From positions 1 to 32,827 of the forward strand of contig CAXTYC010000047.1 in assembly GCA_964248365.1 (NCBI GenBank): a stretch of DNA of 32,827 nt, written 5' to 3'. Shown piece by piece: positions 26,908 through 32,827 of this stretch (positions are counted from its first letter, which is position 1; each line of letters opens with the position of its first letter). This DNA is from an uncultured Chroococcidiopsis sp. (GTDB taxonomy: Bacteria > Cyanobacteriota > Cyanobacteriia > Cyanobacteriales > Chroococcidiopsidaceae). The position numbers and the translations under genes are program-made. Below the pieces are notes generated by a model. That model searched no databases, was not told the DNA's origin, and was given only the letters and a program-made list of their open reading frames with translations.

Positions 26908-28239
26908 ATGAATTCCAGAACAATACTTTCCAAGGAAGAAGTTAAAACGCTGGTAAATAAAATTATATTTAAGTCTAGGGGAGAATATCTAACTGATGCT
27001 GAGACGATGGCATTACTGGGATCATATGAGGACAAAAAGTACAACGACATGGGTGGAAATGGTTACGAGCCTCCAACCTTGCAAGAGGCTGGGGCTAAAT
27101 TATGGCAGAAACTTTCCCAGGCGTTAGATAAAAAGGTAACTAAGACGAATTTTCTGCAAGTCCTGAAGCACTATAGGGATAACCCAATGGAATATACAAT
27201 TAATACTCGTTTAAGACCAGAGGCTACGCCAACTCCGATGGATTTTCCCATTCATATTGAGCGTCACAATGTTGAGTCTTTGTGTTGCAAGACAATTAAG
27301 CAAGATGCAGCGATGATTCGTATTAGATCTCAGCAGAGAATGGGTAAAACCTCGCTGTTGAGGTACTTGCTTGACTATGCGAGGGAGCAGGGTTATCGAA
27401 CAGCTAAATTAGATTTGGAACTTGCTATTGATAATTTAACTTACCTAAACAGCTTCACGCGGTGGTTATGCGAAGAAATTCTTGATAATTTAGATCGTCA
27501 ACCCAACTCAGAGGAATACTGGCAAGCTTTCAACAATGTGAATGGAGACTTGACTCGGTTCCTTCAAAATTATTTACTATCAGAAAACGAAAGCCCTCTG
27601 GTCTTAGCTATCGTTAGTTTTGAACAGTTGTTTAAATATTCTGATATTTTCTCCAAATTTTCCTCGTACCTGCGGGCTTGGCATGAGAAAGCTAAATCAG
27701 GAGACAGAGTTGGTAAGATTTGGAGGAAACTGCGGGTAGTTTTGGTTTATTCCACTGAAACTTATCCAGAATTGAATATTAATCATTCACCGTTTAATGT
27801 GGGAACACGAATCGATTTACTTGAATTTAACCCTTGTGAGGTAACAACTCTTGCCAAGCTAAATGAATTAGATGAACAGTTGGGAGAAGATGGATTGAGT
27901 CAGTTGATGGGGTTGGTAGGAGGACACCCATATTTTATACAGGAGGCTTTTGCTAAACTCAAAAGTCAACAGAAAATGACTCTAGAAGAACTTTTACGCC
28001 TTGCGCCAACAGATGAGGGGATTTACAGCGACTATCTACGACAGCAACTATGTACTTTACGAGACAATTCTCAGCTAGAATCAGCGTATAAAAAAGTGGT
28101 AATGACAAATGAATCTGTGAGACTAGATACTGAAGTTGCGTTCAAACTGCATAGCCTGGGGTTAGTGAAATTCTCTGGGAATGATTGTATTCCCAGTTAC
28201 GATTTATTTGTTCAGTACTTTCGTGTGCATTTGGGGTAA
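26908..28239 (+). CDS. AAA_35-family (STAND-like) ATPase with N-terminal HTH
   Basis: HTH ending GAKLWQKLSQALDKKVTKTNF; Walker A QRMGKTSL; SPFNVG, GGHPY and FKLHSLGLV motifs. Walker B degenerate (LVLAIVSFE). ATG at 26908 preferred. Confidence 0.82.
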   Translation: MNSRTILSKEEVKTLVNKIIFKSRGEYLTDAETMALLGSYEDKKYNDMGGNGYEPPTLQEAGAKLWQKLSQALDKKVTKTNFLQVLKHYRDNPMEYTINTRLRPEATPTPMDFPIHIERHNVESLCCKTIKQDAAMIRIRSQQRMGKTSLLRYLLDYAREQGYRTAKLDLELAIDNLTYLNSFTRWLCEEILDNLDRQPNSEEYWQAFNNVNGDLTRFLQNYLLSENESPLVLAIVSFEQLFKYSDIFSKFSSYLRAWHEKAKSGDRVGKIWRKLRVVLVYSTETYPELNINHSPFNVGTRIDLLEFNPCEVTTLAKLNELDEQLGEDGLSQLMGLVGGHPYFIQEAFAKLKSQQKMTLEELLRLAPTDEGIYSDYLRQQLCTLRDNSQLESAYKKVVMTNESVRLDTEVAFKLHSLGLVKFSGNDCIPSYDLFVQYFRVHLG

Positions 28240-28242
28240 GTT

Positions 28243-29539
28243 ATGGTTGACCAGTACTTTTTCGGTGGAGGTCTACCCGAAGAAAATACCACCTATGTAA
28301 AGCGACTCGCCGATGACGAATTATATCTTGGACTCAAAGCTGGTAAATTTTGTTATGTGTTGAACTCTAGTCAAAGTGGAAAGACCAGCTTGCGTGTAAG
28401 AACTATGCGCCGCTTACGAGAAGATGGTGTAGAATGCGCAGCTATTGACCTGAGTGGTGGAGGTAATGACAGTGTATCCTCACAAGAGCAATGGTATAAG
28501 AATTTAGTTGATACACTGAGTGATTATTTTTTACTAGAAGTGAAACAGGAGTGGTGGGAACAAAATCAGTCAGACTCAGTTGTGCCACGATTTCGGAAGT
28601 TTCTGGAAAAGATACTACTTGCTCAAATCAAAGAAGATATTGTGATCTTTATTGATGAGATTGGTAAGGTTTTAAAACTCCAGTTTCCCACTGATGATTT
28701 CTTTAGTTTGATTCGATTTTGTTATCAGCAACGGGCGGAAAATTCCGAATATAAACGTCTGACTTTTTGTTGATTGGGAATTGCATCACCAGGAAGTTTA
28801 ATAAAAGATAAAAATTCCACTCCGTTTAACGTTGGAAAAGCTATTTATTTAAAGCCATTCCAACTAGGTGAAGTTGAACCGTTAAAGAAGGGTTTGCAGG
28901 GGAGATATTCTGATCCAGATAAAGTAATTCAGGAAATTTTGTACTGGACGGGAGGACAACCGTTTCTGACACAAAAGCTATGTCATTTTATGGTGGAATC
29001 TCAGGAAGAAAAGCCACGTACTGTTGAACAGGTCGTGCGTGAGCAGATTATTGAAAATTGGGAATACCAAGACGAGCCGCAACATTTGCGAACTATCAGA
29101 AATAGGATTTTAGAGAATGAAAAACTTGCACCTTATTTGCTGATATTGTATCGGCGAATTTTGCAGGAGGATGGGATAATAGCAGATAATACTCCTGACC
29201 AATATGAATTACAACTAAGTGGATTAGTTGTTAGAGAACAAAATAAGTTAAGAGTTTATAACCCAATTTATCAAGAGATTTTTGATATAAATTGGATTCA
29301 AACTCAATTGTGGAATCTTTGCCCTTACGCCGAAGATCTTAAAGTTTGGGTAGCTTCTGGATATAAAGATAAATCGCGGTTGTTATGGGGAAAGAAGTTA
29401 CAAGAAGCTATTGAATGGTCGAAGGATAAAAGTTTAAGTGACCAACATACCCTGTTTTTATCAGCTAGTCAACAGGAAGAAGACAAATTAGCTCTCTTAG
29501 AAATAGAAGCTGAATTGGAACGCCAGAGGAAGGATAAAC
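28243..29539 (+). pseudogene. Second AAA_35-family ATPase: internal TGA and 3' truncation at the CRISPR array
   Basis: YVKRLAD..L...LKAG.FCYVLNSSQSGKTSL, IFIDEI, RLTFC*LGIASP (same frame across the TGA at 28771-28773), TPFNVG, WTGGQPFLTQKLC, SRLL.G..LQEA..W. The protein-like sequence stops after ERQRKDK. Confidence 0.85.
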
Positions 29540-29574
29540 AATTTGATTATCCCTATGATGCGTCATGTCGGTTG

Positions 29575-32500
29575 GTTTCAATCCCTAGTAGGGAGTTCGT
29601 GAAATTTCAACTTGGAGGGCGCAGGGGTCACATTAAATCTTCAAGTTTCAATCCCTAGTAGGGAGTTCGTGAAATTTCAACCCCTATTTGCGCCGATTGT
29701 ACTATACGGTTGAAAGTGTTTCAATCCCTAGTAGGGAGTTCGTGAAATTTCAACGCTGCCCCGACGGCATATAGGTACGCACACCGTTGTTTCAATCCCT
29801 AGTAGGGAGTTCGTGAAATTTCAACTGAAACAAGCCCAACGGTCTAAGATGTATCCATTGTTTCAATCCCTAGTAGGGAGTTCGTGAAATTTCAACCCAA
29901 GTTTTACACATTTGAGAAATGTCCATTTCATGAGTTTCAATCCCTAGTAGGGAGTTCGTGAAATTTCAACACCGCAATGGCAATCCTTTGGTCAAGGTGG
30001 TGAGGTTTCAATCCCTAGTAGGGAGTTCGTGAAATTTCAACACTGTTTATTTGAACAGCAAAGAATGGCGAAAGAGTTTCAATCCCTAGTAGGGAGTTCG
30101 TGAAATTTCAACAAATGGGATACGCACATTTACTGCTAATGCATTAAAGTTTCAATCCCTAGTAGGGAGTTCGTGAAATTTCAACCTGATTCAATTTCTA
30201 TCTCTACACTTCGTAAAGTATTGGTTTCAATCCCTAGTAGGGAGTTCGTGAAATTTCAACAAGAATTTCGCATTTTTTTTGATCACGCGATCGCGCGTTT
30301 CAATCCCTAGTAGGGAGTTCGTGAAATTTCAACAACCGCGAATTGAACCCAGACTATAACTGCAATACTAAAGGTTTCAATCCCTAGTAGGGAGTTCGTG
30401 AAATTTCAACACCAATTTATCACCAATATTTGTTGTCCAAACAATTCGTTTCAATCCCTAGTAGGGAGTTCGTGAAATTTCAACCAACCTAAAAAATACC
30501 CTAACTTGATTGAGTTTATGTTTCAATCCCTAGTAGGGAGTTCGTGAAATTTCAACCTGCGAGTATTCTATAAATTACCCCTAAGCACGACCTACGTTTC
30601 AATCCCTAGTAGGGAGTTCGTGAAATTTCAACTCGCGTGGTTCCCAATTACAATCATCTGGGTGATACGTTTCAATCCCTAGTAGGGAGTTCGTGAAATT
30701 TCAACAGAAAAATCTGTGGTTACGATCACTGTGTCTGGTTTGTAGGTTTCAATCCCTAGTAGGGAGTTCGTGAAATTTCAACCACTGATTTAAACTTTAA
30801 TTTTGAGCGATCATCCCACAGTGTTTCAATCCCTAGTAGGGAGTTCGTGAAATTTCAACAGAAAAATCCGCCTAGCCATTGCGATCAATAGCCCTTCTTT
30901 GTTTCAATCCCTAGTAGGGAGTTCGTGGAATTTCAACCTGGCAAGGACGGTTAACATTGAAACTAGGCTTGTTTCAATCCCTAGTAGGGAGTTCGTGAAA
31001 TTTCAACTTTTATGATCAACTGCGCTAACCAATAGTTCTACGTTTCAATCCCTAGTAGGGAGTTCGTGAAATTTCAACCTTGCGTTTATTATTTCAATAT
31101 TTCTGTTAATAATGCTTGTTTCAATCCCTAGTAGGGAGTTCGTGAAATTTCAACAATGGTAATAGTTGCGTTAGATGGTTTATGAATTAAAAGTTTCAAT
31201 CCCTAGTAGGGAGTTCGTGAAATTTCAACAGTGTCATTGATGGTTTGTATCCTATAGCCATTAATGTTTCAATCCCTAGTAGGGAGTTCGTGAAATTTCA
31301 ACTAAGGCTCTATTGCCCTGTTACACTCTTGCTTGTGGTTTCAATCCCTAGTAGGGAGTTCGTGAAATTTCAACAAATCACTTGGCAGCGTAATTATTCC
31401 CTTTATTCTCAAAAGTTTCAATCCCTAGTAGGGAGTTCGTGAAATTTCAACCCTTCATGCAACTATGCAAAAATTCCAAATTATAAAGTTATGTTTCAAT
31501 CCCTAGTAGGGAGTTCGTGAAATTTCAACCTGAAAAAATTCTTTTCCTTCCTCAAAACTAGTCAGGTTTCAATCCCTAGTAGGGAGTTCGTGAAATTTCA
31601 ACCCCACTTTTTTTGTTTTGAATTCCAGTACCAGCCTGTTTCAATCCCTAGTAGGGAGTTCGTGAAATTTCAACAGATTAAACCAACATGGTACACAGGT
31701 TTCTGGTTGTTTCAATCCCTAGTAGGGAGTTCGTGAAATTTCAACCATAATAAATATACCGTCCCAGTTTGGTAGACTAGGTTTCAATTCCTAGTAGGGA
31801 GTTCGTGAAATTTCAACCTTGGGGGAGTAATTGGAGTGGTGGCTTAATTATGTTTCAATCCCTAGTAGGGAGTTCGTGAAATTTCAACAAATCACCTTTT
31901 TATCTGGGGCTTATACCGGACAGTTTCAATCCCTAGTAGGGAGTTCGTGAAATTTCAACCAAGGCATCACGTAGCTTTGATTGAGCCTCTATAAAATGTT
32001 TCAATCCCTAGTAGGGAGTTCGTGAAATTTCAACGACTGGAGCCGCCGGAGCTAAAGGAGATAAAGGCGTTTCAATCCCTAGTAGGGAGTTCGTGAAATT
32101 TCAACTATCAATTGCAGTATTGAGGTTTAAAGTTTTATAGTTTCAATCCCTAGTAGGGAGTTCGTGAAATTTCAACAAAACTTACACTTGATATTAGATT
32201 GTTTGGAATTAATGTTTCAATCCCTAGTAGGGAGTTCGTGAAATTTCAACGTAAGTTAACCATTGCCAGTAACTTACCTAGATGTGTTTCAATCCCTAGT
32301 AGGGAGTTCGTGAAATTTCAACGTCTAAGCAACTATTGCAAATATCGTAGCCTTCTACGTTTCAATCCCTAGTAGGGAGTTCGTGAAATTTCAACTTGTT
32401 ATTACTATTTGTATTTTCAGTGCCAGAATTTTGTTTCAATCCCTAGTAGGGAGTTCGTGAAATTTCAACTTGACCTATTGATCGTCCGAGCATCAACAGT

Positions 32501-32766
32501 TCCAAGAGGTTTCAATCCCTAGTAGGGAGTTCGTGAAATTTCAACGGAATGGAGCACAACAAATCCCGCTTGATAGTACGTTTCAATCCCTAGTAGGGAG
32601 TTCGTGAAATTTCAACACAAACAGAGTCCGAATAGCGCTCTGTCACGGGCTGTAATTGTTTCAATCCCTAGTAGGGAGTTCGTGAAATTTCAACGCGCTT
32701 GATTTCTAGCTGTTCATAGTGTCGTTTGTGTTTCAATCCCTAGTAGGGAGTTCGTGAAATTTCAAC
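29575..32766 (-). CRISPR. CRISPR array, 44 repeats and 43 spacers, cyanobacterial type I-D-like repeat
   Basis: 37-bp repeat GTTTCAATCCCTAGTAGGGAGTTCGTGAAATTTCAAC; spacers 33-41 bp; single-base variants at 30901 and 31781. The reverse complement ends in a CCCT/AGGG hairpin plus ATTGAAAC handle, implying minus-strand transcription. Subtype inferred from the repeat only. Confidence 0.98.
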
Positions 32767-32827
32767 AGTACAAATTACAGCGGATTGAAGGTTTATGAGG
32801 TACAGTAACAACAGTTTGTAAACCAGT

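Noticed and set aside
28771..28773. TGA as selenocysteine or programmed readthrough
   Set aside because: The position corresponds to a hydrophobic residue in the TFxLLG motif (TTA to TGA is one change) and the gene is also truncated, so a nonsense mutation is simpler.
26908..29658. ATPases as Cas proteins or TnsC of a CRISPR-associated transposon
   Set aside because: Motifs match the AAA_35 family. No Cas, TnsB or TniQ genes are visible.
31245..31442. 65-aa ORF
   Set aside because: Chance reading frame through CRISPR repeats and spacers.

Overview
Cyanobacterial chromosomal segment: HIP1 octamers (GCGATCGC) are frequent, STRR-type heptamer repeats are present, and it carries psb30. The first ~23 kb is mostly conserved genes: LRV-repeat protein plus a MoxR-like ATPase cut by the left edge, LCP protein, Uma2 nuclease, two half-size UPF0016/GDT1 transporters, YkgJ, psb30, recJ, a KimA/YdaO-like APC transporter, sbcD, cysH, a glutaredoxin-like protein, murE, two convergent atypical histidine kinases, a duplicated stress protein, a BON lipoprotein and bioF. 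MITE/REP-like elements are scattered throughout, and some sit in frame inside proteins. From ~23.3 to 29.5 kb is a decaying accessory region with PPIase, membrane-protein and secreted-protein pseudogenes and an AAA_35 ATPase gene pair. The second ATPase gene has a nonsense codon and runs straight into a 44-repeat CRISPR array (37-bp repeat, type I-D-like, probably transcribed from the minus strand). No cas genes are in the window. All family calls are from motif recognition by eye, not database searches.
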